From Geosiphon pyriformis uo1 (Eukaryota > Fungi > Glomeromycota), in contig JAAOMT010000430.1 in NCBI GenBank assembly GCA_016748015.1, positions 158,125 through 222,124 of the forward strand: 64,000 nucleotides of DNA. Reading direction: 5' to 3'. The stretch's first letter is position 1. Each line of letters opens with the position of its first letter. A program made the position numbers and the translations under genes. Shown here in pieces: positions 38,740-52,800 of the stretch. The notes beneath the pieces are model-generated. The model was not told the origin of the DNA and ran no database searches. It saw only the letters and a list, made by a program, of their open reading frames with translations.

Positions 38740-39704
38740 AATAAGTGAATTAACACCAGACACATTTAGCAACTTGAAAACGAAATTTCCAATTAATTAC
38801 TGTTATTATCAACTAGGAAAGCACTTGAACATACAAACATTATACTCAAAAGACTCAACTAGAGTGTTTGACAAAACAACTATCCAACTATTAGAACCTT
38901 TCATTGGAAAAACCAACACTACATTCCATTCAAAAACAGTTTACAGAATTTTCAAAGCATTTGAAAACTGTTACAAATTATTGTTGGACCCAACCATGAA
39001 CATAATAACAACCAACAGTATTGGACGACTTACCAACTCACAATTTCAAGAATTACAACAACAAATTAATAACACAGTATTGAACCACTATAGTAACTTA
39101 GAATTTAATGAAGAAATTAACTTCGATTTTGACGGAGCTCAATCTTGAAAGGAGGGGATAATGTTATGGTTTAAGAATTTAGCAAAAAGAATCATAAAAA
39201 TAATACAAACTATTCAATCATAATATAGCACAGTAATAATCTTAGAAAGGNNNNNNNNNNNNNNNNNNNNAAACACCCAGAATTGGAACACAATTACCTT
39301 TAATTCTACCAGAACAAATTCCATGAGATTTAGAACCAATAGTTTTAATTGAACATTATTCGAAAAGATAATTAATCTTAGATCACAGCAAAAATGATTT
39401 AACAACCATAAAAATGCATGCAAAAGATTCCAAAATAACAGTCAAAATTAAAACAATGATACTTATTCCAGAAAACATCAACAATATAACTCAACAATTA
39501 ATTGAAAGCTTACAACAATTAAAATCCGATCTAGAAATCACAGTTAATAGCTCCAAAATAACATACATAAAAAGAACAATAGAAAATCCAAAAACAAGAA
39601 AAGAACATAATTTCGAACCATATAATATTGCCAAATATAACACCAAATTTATTAGCAAAGTTATTGAAAAATTAGAGATAGCATTGGGCAATACATTAAT
39701 AATG
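38740..39704 (+). CDS. Element A ORF3 of unknown function; pieces mis-ordered by assembly (N-half 39456-39704, C-half 38740-39148)
   Basis: MILIPENINNITQQLIESLQQ...FPINYCYY...DFDGAQS*; homologous to ORF3 in B, C, D and G; both pieces are free of stops. Confidence 0.75.
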
Positions 39705-42700
39705 NNNNNNNNNNNNNNNNNNNNTAATCTTAGAAAGGTAATGATTAACATAGTAGCAAACACCATCTCGTGATAGTGGCAAGCACCAGTTCACAATAGC
39801 AGCCAACACCAACTGGTGATAGCAGCAAGCACCAGGTTGAAATATCAAAAAGAAAGTATTTTCTCATAGAACTACAAACATGTATATATACAGTAGTTTT
39901 AATATTGGGAAAGAATCAATCAAGTAATAAAAATCATAACTTATCAAGCAATAGATCCAATTTTATCCAACAAACTCCACTTTAAATCATACTTTCAAAT
40001 TAAATATCCCAAGAAACCTTTAAAATCAAAAAGAAATGAAAAAGAATATTTAAAACAAAACTATCACAACCCAAAGTATTAAGAAACTTACTTGTATTAT
40101 TTATTGAATGAAACTATAATTCATCAACTGAATCCCTTGGAAGAATAATCCTTGATCAAGATTATTCACGTTGTTACTAATTGATAAAAGCTTTATTGTG
40201 AGAATTAGAAAAGCACTAAAGACCATTAACATTCTGTGTTTCTAGATTAGAGAAACACATCAGGCAATTGCAAGAATAGCCTCAGAGAAGACCTCAGACA
40301 GTGGGTAGATTTCAGTTCAGCCTTTGAGAAGGAGTACATAAACACACACAACAATCAAGAATTAAAGAATAACTTACATCACAACAGTAAAAAGAAAGCC
40401 TTCAGTGTAACAGTGACATTATCACACAAATAGAATTGAGGAACTCACGAAAGACTGATTGCAATTAAAGCGGGATATCAGCAATTAAATATAACAAGAG
40501 AAACATCCCGTAACACCACCCATAAAACTTGATAGGTTTCTATGGTTGGTGATGATGTTGTGTCTTTAAATTTAATTAGTGGTTCCTCTGAGCTTTGGAC
40601 TTTAAAGTGTCCATATATAGCCAGAACTCAGACATATTATCCATTAAAGGTGATCTGTAATTCTTGTGTGTTCCAGTTAAAAATGGCATGAGCTTTGGCC
40701 AACCAGTTGTTTCTGATGAGAGCTTGATATTGCATGGCTTTCATGATTAGAATTTTTGTAAGAATTTGGGTTCTGTTGATTTCAAAAGAGAAGTTATCGA
40801 TTTCTCTGATTGGGGTTTTGGTATTGCCATCTGTAGTAATAATTCAGGTGGTTGTGGCATAATCTACTTGGTAATCTAATTAATCCATGAATTGTTTTGT
40901 TATTATACTGTCTGCTGATTTGCTATCAAGAATTAATTTAATGTCTATGTTTCTAACTTTAGTATTAGTATACAGGGCCATAATTGGTTTGTCCTAATTT
41001 ATGATGGCTCTATTGAAAAGGCTATTTGTATTCAGATTGTCAATGTTAAAGAGAAAGATAGCAGCAAAGATGGTATCTTTAGTGATAGTAGTGAGTAAAA
41101 TAGTATTGTTAGTTTGATTTCACCTTGAAAGATTGAAAGTTTCTTTTACAGCCTTTCTTTCTAAAGATATAGAGCTATAAAAATCCTGGTTTTTAATAAG
41201 ACCAAGATATAAGGCTTGGTTAGAGTATCTGGTTGGTGCTGGTTGAGATGAGACATTACTACAATTTAAAGATTGTGATAGTATACTGTTAGTTGGCATC
41301 TGATATTGCTGGAGTTCCTCCATCCTTGGTTGTAATTAATTGCCCAATGTCTAAGTTGGTTATTAACAGGGTTTTAGTACTGGAGTGTTGCTTGAGCCAT
41401 TGGCTACAATAATCGGTAATGGTTTTGAGGTGGTTGCTGGGTATACTGAATTTGTTGTGAGTATTGAAACAGTTAATATTAAAATGTAGAGTATTGGAAT
41501 ACCATGTTTTGAGAGTATCTCAGTTGCTAATATTGATTTTTTTGATTTTGGTCTATTACTTTCTTATGGCAGTTCCAGACAATATGTTCAGGTTTCTGAC
41601 AATAGTAACAATTGCAGAGATTGAATCTCTAAGGTTGTTGTTGTTGCTAATAATTTTGTTGTTGTTGGTATCTGTTGTTATTACTGTCTTTTTGTTGTGG
41701 TGGCTGGTAGGGTTCTATGGTACTGGCTAAAAATCTTTCAATTTTCTGAGTTAATTTCTTACTTAATTGAGTTATTTTTGTGTTGATATCAGATGTTCTA
41801 TTAATAGCCAGATTAACAGCTTGAGTATAATTAGCCTCTTGTTCTGCTGACTCAAAGTCACAAGCAAGAATAACTGCCTCTTGTAGATTTGTTGGATGGT
41901 AGAGTTTTACAGATTGGAGGAGGCTGCTCTTTAATCTTTTGACAAATTGATTAAGGATTTGCACCACAAAGTAGTAATCCCTTTTAATGGTCTGAATTTG
42001 ACAAAAAATTTGGTTGAATTATCCAAGATAAATGGTCACTGCTTTGTGATTTTTTTGTTTTATGATACTGAACTGATTTTGTAATCTGATGAGAGTGTTG
42101 AAATCACAAAAGTATTACAGAAAGGCAAGTTTAAAGGTGGCAAAGTCAGTTGATTTTTCTGCAAGGCTTTAATATCATGAGTCTATAATTCTAGTCAAAA
42201 AAAATAGCAATGCTTGAATGGCCCTATCATTATTCTAATTGTTGGTAATGATGGTTTTCTTGGCTTTTGCAATTCATATATATGCATTGTCTTCTTTACT
42301 AGAAAATTTTTCTAATTTGGCAATATCTTGGTAAGCCATAATCTGAAGGATAGATAGAGTCTTACTGTTTGATGCTGAAAGGTTTGGTGTTTGCATGCTA
42401 GGGTGTTTTTCTGGTGCTAATTCTGGTTGTTTCCTTTTGTTAATTTTCCCAATAGGCTGGAGAATAACTGGTTTCTCAGAGAGAGTAGTTGATAATTTGG
42501 TCAAGAGTTGGGTTGGTGGTGGTTCCCTCATCAACATATTTCTATCTGTTTTGTTAATTGTTGGGATGAGATTTCCAAACAACAATCCATATTCTTCTAA
42601 TGAGTTGGTCCAATTGTGTTGATTCTAGGAGTGTAGATTTTTAGGAGTTTGTGGTGTTTCTGACTGGGTTTTCAGAGATGGGTTGAATACCATTCTACTT

Positions 42701-43204
42701 TGAGGTGTCTGATGGTATAATAGAGTTGTTAGGGAGAGGAATTTTGGTTTCTTGTTAACCGTGGACTTGGCTTGGGCAGTTGCAGAGTTGTTAGATTCAT
42801 CTTTATATTCCTCAGGGTCAGATTTTACTGGTTGTTGTACTTGTAAGAATTGTTTTGCCACATAATAATTAATGTTTGTATCAATTATGTGCAAAGTTTC
42901 AGTAATTGTTTAGGTAGTTGTGGCTGTTGAGTACCCTAATAAGCTTTGATAGATTTGTTCTTCTAGTCTTTTTGTGTTGGTTGTATGGCCTATTAAGCAG
43001 TCAATTTTTGTGTTGATATAGTTACAAAAATCACTTTTTGCATAAGTGGTTTCTGCTGGTATTCCTAAGTCTTTTTGAAAGTATTGAAATAATGCTCTTC
43101 CATATGGGAAGTGGTCTTTTTCTACTGTTCCAATAGTTGCCACTTTTGTGAATTTCTGGGGTGTTTTGTCTCTATAGATTTATAACCTTATAGAAAGCAC
43201 TAAA

Positions 43205-44248
43205 TGTTACAGATAAACTTGGTGGGATAAGAAGATGGTAATGTTTAGTGCTCTCAATTATTAGTAAGGTGTGTTTCATGTAATTCTGGTGACTTAATCT
43301 TGATTATTAGTCTCTAAAGGTCTTTTTTTCTGGTTGTGAATTTACCTATTGAATTCTTTGGTTATAAGACACAGAGTTTTGGTTTTTATTAATTGCAACT
43401 TCTTATAAAGGTGAACTTTTTTCTCCAAGTTAACAAGCACAGTTATTATGGTCTGACATTGTCTTTTCACCCTTTTGGTAAGCTATCAAGATAATGTTAA
43501 TATCCAAAAACCTAGGAAAAGCTTCTTTTTTTTACCAGGCTATCATAAAGTCTATTCCCAAACAGTTGATTTTACTATATTGCTGCTCTACAAGAGAAAA
43601 ATAAAAGAAAGAAAAAGAAAATAAAAGAAAAGAAAGAAAATAAAAGAAAAAGATAAATTAGTATTGTCAATTACCATAATCAAGAGCAATTGATCTAAAT
43701 CATTAATAGTTTGAAGCAGTTATACTAAGAGCATTTGTTCTAGAATAAAGGTATGAAACAATGATTAATTCATGTAAATTTCACAAAGTTTGAGAACATA
43801 AATTTGTGATTTTGATTTCTTAATAATTGATTTATTTCAGAAAATGAATATGAAATATAATAAATAATGAAAGAGTATGAATATTTGATTCTTATTTAGT
43901 GGTTTATATTTATCTGTCCTGTCTTTTTCTATCTTCTACAACTACTTGCTTTTATACATTCTTTTGGTTTTACAGGATTGCTTTTGATTGTTTCATTATT
44001 GTTAACTATTGCTTTGTTTTTTCTGTTATTGCTTTATTTTTCTATATTATTACTAGTTATCTTATATTATAATACGTTATCTAATGTTATTATATGTTAT
44101 TCTGTATTATCCTACATTATAACGTATTATTTTGTGCTATCCTAAGTTATAATGTGTTATCCAATATTATTTTGTGCTATTCTGTGTTATGTTACATTCT
44201 GGTCATGTTTTTTTATAATTTCAGATCGGTTTTTTTATTCAGATAACA
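43205..44248 (-). repeat. 5' LTR of element B
   Basis: Direct repeat of 23409-24452, adjacent to the PBS. Confidence 0.93.
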
Positions 44249-45411
44249 GTGAGCAATTGAAGCTTGCTTTTTTTTATATATGTTGGCCAGACAAACCTAA
44301 TCCTAAGAAGTAACCACCTGCTTATCACAACCACCAAAATTTCCACCCATTATACAATTAACAGATATATGACCAAATTGTTTACATCTAGCACAACAGG
44401 CCAAAAAAAGACCAGTCCAATGCAAATTCACACCTTTAAACACTGGAGTAAAACCAATAGCAGCCAATTTGAATGTCTCATTTTCAAAACACACAATTGC
44501 ACATCTATTATACACATATGAACTGAGATTACAACCAATAAAACAAGTTTTTCCATCATATGAATCCAACAAATCAAACAGATTATAAGCTGTGGTTCTA
44601 ATTGAAAGAGTATACAATAGTGTTTAATAATGATCCTTTGTTGTCCAAGATTTCTTGTTATCAATAGCTAAAGCCACACACACCAAATCTTTTTTCATAA
44701 AAACAAACCATTTGGAAGCAACTGAACTAGCCATATTTAATGATTCAAACTCCACCAAAGCCTTCTGCCAAAGACTAATCAGTTGCATTTTGATTGAAAT
44801 AATTTTGCCAAATTTGGAAAACACAGATTTTACAGCTGATTTGGAAAGATCTACTGGGATCTTTTTAACAACAATTTCCCAATTTGTGTGTTTGTTTATC
44901 TGTCTAACATTATTATTGACTAAGATTTTCTTACAGATGGTCAATTCTCTAGTCTTTTTCAAACTTACTTCAGAAGTAAATAAAGATTTGATGATTCCTG
45001 GGAATTTTGAGGAAGTCAATGTCCCTCCAAAACTATCAATTCAAAAAAAAATTTTTTTGATTAAAATCAACTTATTACTAAAATTTTTTCCAGGCACAGT
45101 AGTCAGTTCCATGTTCAATACAAACAATTTAACAAGGTCAAAGCTTCATTTTTCTAGAACACATGACTTGACAGATGGCAGCTAATTGGAACCAATAAAC
45201 TTAAGAAGAGGAAAACCCAAAACATTGTTATCATCATTCATATTACTGAATGAAAGTGCTTCTAATAGATGGCCTAACACATAAGTCTAAGTTTAAGTTT
45301 TCTTTGAAGTAGTCTTGCCCATGTCTTTATTGTCAACAGAACCATCTGAATCTGCATAACTTGTTTCTTCCACCACCATGTTTTTTATGTTCTCTAAATT
45401 TAAAAGACCAT
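44249..45411 (-). mobile_element. Same LINE, middle ORF1 segment (RRM-like region and CCHC knuckle)
   Basis: CARCKQFGHISVNC knuckle. Reading ...LANIYKKKQASIAH at 44249 continues as PVxFGGKTWAQ at 23408 once element B is removed. Confidence 0.9.
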
Positions 45412-46894
45412 TATTATAAGTAATTATTTGGGGTTTTAAAGCAAATAACAAATCCATAAATAACTAATATGGTTGGTATTATTTAAAGGTTTTGGTTATC
45501 TGAAGGTTTAAGTTGAGTTCTTTGTATAATAGACAGAAATCTTAATTGATAGTTTTATCCATAACTTTCTGAATCCACAGTTTTGTTGATTTTTTTCATA
45601 GTGTGATGACCAGTAATCCTCTTGGTAAGATATCTTCAATTCTAAGTATCTATTCTTATTTCTAAGTCTTTTACCAGTGCTATATCCTGACATTAGTACC
45701 TTTGCATGTAATTTTTTTAATCAAGTTAGCAAAAATAACAACAAAATAAAACAAGAAAAAAAAATAAAATAAAAAGTAAGCCAAGGCAATTTGCATGTTA
45801 GTATCCCATCAATAACCATGATTAAGAGCTATTGTTCTTGTGTAGTTAAGTATCAATTATTATCAACATAAAGTGTTAATAGTGGGGAATGGATTAAGAC
45901 ATTGAATAATTATTTATTGATATTTATGAATAGAAGAGTTGCTTAGATCAAATCTAAACTGAGAGGTCCCTCTTTTCTACTTTTAATACTACTGCTGTTA
46001 CTTATAGAAAAAGAAAACAGATATAGAAAAATAGTAAACCAATAAGAGAGTAGTAGTTAGCACATGAGTGTATTGCTCAGCAATGTGGAGCAATATCAGA
46101 AATCATGGCATATTGCTTAGCAATATAGAGCAATGTGGAGCAATGTCAAGAAAATATGGCACATTGCTCAGCAATGTGAGCATTGCTTGAAGAAATTATA
46201 GCACATTGCTTGAAAATGTGAGCAATCTCATAGAACCCAAATTATGTATATATAGTGGTAGCATTAGAAGTAGAAAAAACAAACCTCTCAGTTTAGATTT
46301 GATCTAAGCAACCTTCCATTCACAAATATCAATAAATAATTATTCACTATCTCAATCCACTCTCTACTATCAACACTTTATGTTGATAGTAATTGATACT
46401 TAATCACACTAGAACAATAGCTCTTGATTATGGCTATTGACAAAATACTAACTTGCAATTGCTTTTGTTTATTTCCTTATCTTCTTTTATTTTCTTTTAT
46501 TTCTTTTGTTATTTCTTTGGTTTTACTAAATTGATTAAAGATTAAGCACTGAGATACAGACTTCATAAGGACTGGTAAAAGACCCAGGAAACAAGGATAG
46601 AACACTTATGGATTTGAGGATAGCTTACCAGAAGGATTACTGGCCACCACACTGAGAAAAAAATTCGATGAAATTGCAATTCCAGGAGACTATTGAAACA
46701 ACTATTAAATTTCTGTTTATTATACAAAAAACTTCACAACAAAACCTTTAGATATTAACACCAGAATACCAACCAAGCACCAAGTTACAGATTTGTTATT
46801 TGACTTAAGACCCCAAATAATTATCTGTAATATTTGGTGCTCCCTGTAAGATATAATTTTACAGAGAACAGCACCAATCATAATCATTCAAACA

Positions 46895-49800
46895 GTGGCA
46901 GAATCTGAAGAAATAGGAACAAACCATTTAAGATTTGCAAAATCTTTATTCCAACATTATTATACTCATTTTGGATTAATAAATAATAGTTGGCTAACAG
47001 AATCAGCTTTCAATTGCTATGTCAATAAAAGAATAGTATATTACTTGGGAGGCCAAAGAGATCCAAAATCCGCCTTTAACAACTTTTTCAGTGAAATGCT
47101 CCAAAGCACCACCCTCCCACAAAACTACCTATTTGCACCCCTAATTACAGAAATAAACAGAGAAATTGAAAAATACACCAAACAGAGATTTTCTATCATG
47201 TTTGCCGACAAAGAAAAACAAAAGCTACAAACACCAGCAAGAACACCAAAGCAAATCCAACTACCCATTTGGAAGAAACAAAGATTTGATTTATCTGCTA
47301 ACCCATTATATCACTACACACCCGGAAGCACTATCAATATAATAAGCACAGTTACAACAAGTGCAACAACGCCATTAAACAGAATCCCATTTTAAAGTAA
47401 ACAAAAGAAAGCAGAGTTATTAGGAATATATGACAATTATTTTGAGGAATTTAAATCACGATTCCCAATGCCATCAGGAATTCAATTACTACCACCACAA
47501 CCAGATTTCAGAGCCATTAGTCCTTGAAAAATAACTGACTCTGAGGAAAAAGAGAGTAGTAATCAAGAAGTTAATAAGCAAAACCCAATTCTAGAAAATT
47601 CAGAAATTAAAACTCTGGTTAATCAAACTCCAGAAAATCAGAATAATCAAAACCCTGACATAATTAATCAACACTTATCTTCAGTAATCATGATCAATCC
47701 ACCACCAGCTCCACTAAATACCAAACAGCAACAACAGCCACAACTGCTACTTCAACAACAAATCTAGCAGCAACCACAACAACAACTAATGGCTTATATT
47801 CTAATTGCCAAAATCAAGAAATTTACTGGCAAAGAGGATAATGCCCAAGTATGACTCAATGATGTGGAAAAAGCCATTACAGCCAATGAATGGAACAATG
47901 ACAGAGCCCTTCAAGCAATCTCTTATTTTCTACAAAATATTGTTAACTTGTGGTATCAGAGTTTAGTTGTTAAACCCCAAACATTCCAGGAATTCAAAAC
48001 TGCATTCTTAAGATATTTCAGTAATAACAACACATTAATTGCTTAGCCAATACCTTCATCACAATTAAACAGGGAGAAACTGAAGCAGTTACTATTTACT
48101 TGGAATGTTTCCACAAGAACTTGCACCAAATTCAAGCAATCCAAGCTAACTATTTTACAGCACCACAGATTCTAAATTAGTTTATCTATGGACTGCGCAG
48201 TAGCCTACTCCAATGAGTATGCCCAATGTACTCACAAACTCTTCAAGATGCAGTCACCAATATGAGAGATTTTGAATTGGTAGAACTTGAAGCAAATCAT
48301 GCCCAAGCCGTTAATCTAGTAATGAATGGATCATCTGAACTGGATTCCAAATTAAAACAATTTGGTGATTCCATCAATCAGAAATTAGAGAGATATTTAG
48401 CTGACAATTGTGCAATTTATTAATCTCTTCAATAACACAATAATCAAGGAAACGCAAATTGTTTTCAGAATTAATTGTGCCTGTCAACATCATTTAATCA
48501 GCCATAGCAGCAAGAAATGCGTATCTACCACTATTGTGGTAAACAAAGACATCTGAGAATCAATTGTCAGTTAAGAATAGAAAACCAATGATTGAAAAAT
48601 CAATATCAAAACTCTGATCACAGGTTTCTAACTCCAAGTTATCAATTAAACTTAGCAGTATATCAACCAAATTACATATTTATGATGCAGCCGCAAATTT
48701 ATCAACTTCCAATTTATCAATCAACAACACCTGTCATCTATTAACTACAACCACAACCAATTTATCAGCTGTAGTCACAACTTATTTATCAGCCACAGCC
48801 TTAGGTAATTTATCAGCCCCAACAAAATCAAACACCACCACAAAACTTACCTCAAAGTAAAACTCAAAGACCAAGATTGACCCAACAGAGCTGGAGATTG
48901 TTGATGGTGGTCCATTAACTAATCTCCAGTTCCATGGCACAACCATCAGGATCTCAACAACAGAATTTGGGCACCGAATACACCCAAAACCCAAATTCCC
49001 AGAACTATTTAAGTCTCCTGGTTACTCCAAAAGATGCCCAATCCAATAATCTGGAAACCAACCAAAACAAATTACTTATCAGTAATATACCTCCAGCTGC
49101 CAGTACTGAAGACAAAACACTAGCTGCCATATTTCTTTTTGATTTCAATAAAATTACACCAGTCCCATTATTTAGTAGAGCCACTCTGGACACCAAACCA
49201 ATTATGGCCATGTATATCGATGCTAAAGTCAATGGCTACTCTATCAAGCTAATACTTAATAGTGAATCAGCAGACAGTATAATCACATGACAACTCATAG
49301 ACCAATTAGGTTGCCAAGTTAATCACACTGTCAGTACCAAAATTATCATGGCTGATAGAGCTATAAAGACTCCCATTGGTGAAATAGATAACTTCTTATT
49401 TGAAGTTAATGGTCTCATCATATCAATAAAAGTACTAGTCATGGAAGCCACCCAATACCAAGCTTTAGTTGGTAATAACTGGCTGTCCAAAACAAATATG
49501 CTGCTTGACTGGACCACCCAAGAGTTGCAAATCAGCCAAAACGGCCAACACATGCAAGTACCAGTCACATGTGGTTACTTCAAACCCATCACCACACCAT
49601 CAGCACCACTTATCAAATTTGAAAAAAAAAAGAGAAACCTACCTGGGAGGTATACCAAGTCTCTTGGGCCAATGCAGATCACAACGAGCTATTACTGATA
49701 CTCTCTTGAAATAACAAAGGAAAAAGGAAAAAAAACAAAGAACTTATCTAGAATACCAACCAAGTCTGGAAAACTGATAATGACCAGAACAAATCAGCAA

Positions 49801-52800
49801 AATGGAAGTGAGAAAAAATTGATAAGAGAAAGAGAAAAGAGAAAGAAGAAGAATCCATTCTCACCAGCAGCACTTATAGTTCATATGCTTACATTTTATC
49901 ACAACTATCCAATTACTGTCGACCAAAATTAGAATGTGTCAATTGTGGCAAGAGATTGTTGTCAATAGGTGCTTGCTGTGACAACGATAAAGAATATGCC
50001 ATGGCAACAAAATTCTATTGCCATCCATATATTATAGAACACTTTGGATGACCAAAATAACAAGGGAAGTGGGACAACCAACTGTGTTTCACATGTAGAA
50101 CTATTTTACCTGACGAAGAAATGTGGAAAGATATTCCTAGGTGTGGAAAAACATGTGACATGATATGTCAGTATATGATCTTAATCAATGACTGGATAAG
50201 CAAAGGAACACCAATTGATGATGTCTGGAAACAAGCATTGCAATGATTGGAAGAATATCTCTACGACAAAGATAAACTATGGAAAATGATGAGTGTAAAA
50301 GCAGAAGGTGTGACAACTAATAAACTCTGGAAATTAAAAATAACCCTTTATCTTTTCCTGAACCCAAATACATTCAAACTTTTGACATTTTTGGCAACAT
50401 GGAGGATGATCCAGAAGAATTTTATGAACATTACCAGCAATTAGCACTCATGAGAGAAGAACAAAAGCAGCATTTAGAGCAGTTGAATACTTGATTATGT
50501 CAACATTGCTTAATTTTCTGTGACTTTTAATATTGTAATAAGTGTGACCTTATTTACAATCCACCACCACACATGATCTACATGATCCCAGAAGAAGACA
50601 AACCAATCAGCAGCTGCATAGTGGAATCAAAATCAACTTTTAACTCCAATTCAAACTCCAACAATGATGACAACAAAAACAATAGTTCTAGCTCTACTCA
50701 ATACAGCAACAAAGATAACAATAATTTGGACTCCAGTTTAAACTCTGAAACATATATTGCTCTCCCTGACCTTACCAAGGAGCAGGAACTGAAATGGTTT
50801 AGCAATAATAATAAAAGCATCATAACTGAATGCGCGCATGATACTAATGCAGGGTTTGATCTGAGATATCCCAGAAAAGATTCCATCAAATTGGAACCCC
50901 ACTCGCACATATGCATTGATCTCAAAATAGCATTAGAAATTCCAGCAACAACAATGGTTCAACTAGTGTTTAGGAGTAGTTTAGTGAAAAAAGGAATCAA
51001 CATCAGAAAAGAAATAATTAACACAGGATACATAGAAAATATCATTGCTATGCTACAAAACGACTCAGAAAAAGCATATAACATAGATCCAAATGAAAAG
51101 ATAGCACAGACAATATTTTTGCTTTTAGTGAAAATAGTGCAGTTAGTATTAGTGGGAAACAGGGAAAAATTAGGGATTACTGGTAGAGAGATACAGAAAT
51201 TTAAATTTATGGGGAGAATAAACATACCAGTTAATATGGTAGAGAAAAAAATTATTGACAAAGAAGAAATTATTTCAACCCATCAAACAATCTCTATTCC
51301 ACCATATGACCAGTATATGTTAGCTATAAAAAGAAAAGTAAAGAATTAGGCTCAGTTGTTTGAAGCAGAAGCCACTATTTGCAAATCCAGAGAGATTGGA
51401 CTCACTAATCTTTATATATCAGCCAAAAGCCCCAAAAACATTAAAATTCCCATCTATAACATAACAGAAAGTGTTATTAAAATACCAAAAAGAACTATTA
51501 TTGGATATTTAACTACTAAAGTTGAAAATCAACCACCAAATTATATTCCAAATTTTCCACAGCTTTGTGGATATGTGAACATTACATTACAAACCATCTA
51601 TGGACAAAGTGAATGTTATCAGCTCCAATCAGAACAATTGGAACAAATAAACATGAAGAATCTAGACCCATTTCAACAGATGCAACTAAGAATGTTACTC
51701 AACAATTTCAATAACATCTTTGCTAATGAAAATGAATTTGGCCACACCAACATTATTCAGCATCAGATTAAAACTGGAGATGCAATGCCAATTAAGCAAA
51801 GAGCATACAGAGTACTACCAGTTAGCCATGAGATCATTCATCAAAAAATCAATCGAATGCTTGACAACAGGCTAATTCAGCTATCAATAAGTCCATAATT
51901 GTTATCAGTGATACTAGTCTGGAAGAAAAATGGGAAAATCTGCTTTTGTGTAAATTACTGAAAACTGAATGGAATAACCAAAGAAGATAGCTATTCAACT
52001 CCAAAAATCCAAGAACTATTTGATGCTTTTGGAGGAAACAAATGGTTTTCAATATTAGATCTAAATAGTGGTTACTGACAAGTAGCCATGGATCCAGCTA
52101 ACAAAAAAAAGACTGTATTTACAACAAGAGAAGAGAATTTTGAATTTGAAGTCATGCCATTTGGCTTGATGAATGCTCCAGCAACATTCCAACAGCTTAT
52201 AAAAATCATCTATATGAGATTACTATGGAAATTAGTAGTCATATACTTAGACAATACAAATGTATTTTCCAAGACATTTAATGACCATCTACATTATCTT
52301 TAACAAGTATTTGAAAGATTGAGAAGAGCAGGATTGAAGTTGAATGCAAACAAATGCTTCTTTGAGAAAACTAAACTCAAATTCTTGGGACATGTGGTAA
52401 GCAAAGACGGAATCAAAATGGATCCAAACAAAATTGAAATTGTCAAGAACTTTCCAGCACCAAATAATCTCACAGAATTAAGAGCATTCTTGGAATTTGC
52501 TGGATACTACTGCCACTTTATCAAAGACTTTTCCAAAATAGCTCAACCACTACATCAGCTTCAAACAAAAAACACCAAATATGAATAAACAGAAACACAG
52601 CAAGAAGCTTTTGATACACTAAGAAAAAAGCTTATTCAAGCTATGGTACTGATCTATCCGGATTACAGCAAGCCATTCATTATTACCACTGATGTATCAG
52701 ACCAAGCATTGGAAGCAGTACTATTACAAAAAAAACCAGATGGAAGAGAGCATTCAGTAGCTTATGCCAATAGAAGCTTAAGTCCAGCTGAAAAGAACTA

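Larger units (their letters stand above)
29833..40515 (+). mobile_element. Gypsy element A, youngest copy, nested antisense in B; 3' half partly mis-assembled
   Basis: 5' LTR 29833-30661; 3' LTR starts at 39162 and ends at 40515 (split by gaps). Perfect 4-bp TSD CCAC. PBS TGGTGAACCCTACGAGG; PPT AAAGGAGGGGATAA. Confidence 0.95.
23409..44248 (-). mobile_element. Gypsy element B, full length, decayed, interrupted by element A
   Basis: Two 1044-bp LTRs with TGTTA..TAACA termini. Decayed PBS TTTAGTGCTTTCTATAAGG next to 43205 and PPT next to 24452. Gag from GTG 43143, PR ~40930, Cys-rich region 29050-29690, dUTPase ~28480-28860, RT/RNase H to stop 26658, integrase from ATG 26647, ORF3 25201-24466. 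Flanks ACAA/GTGA can both be derived from a GCGA TSD. Confidence 0.93.

Noticed and set aside
38740-39148. ORF3 as an envelope gene
   Set aside because: No signal peptide, transmembrane helix or furin/fusion motif is visible, and it is too short.
52240-52265. RT active site reads YLDN in both D and B, suggesting a variant catalytic motif
   Set aside because: GAC-GAY contains a CpG, so independent CpG>CpA decay explains both; the corresponding site in A falls in a gap.
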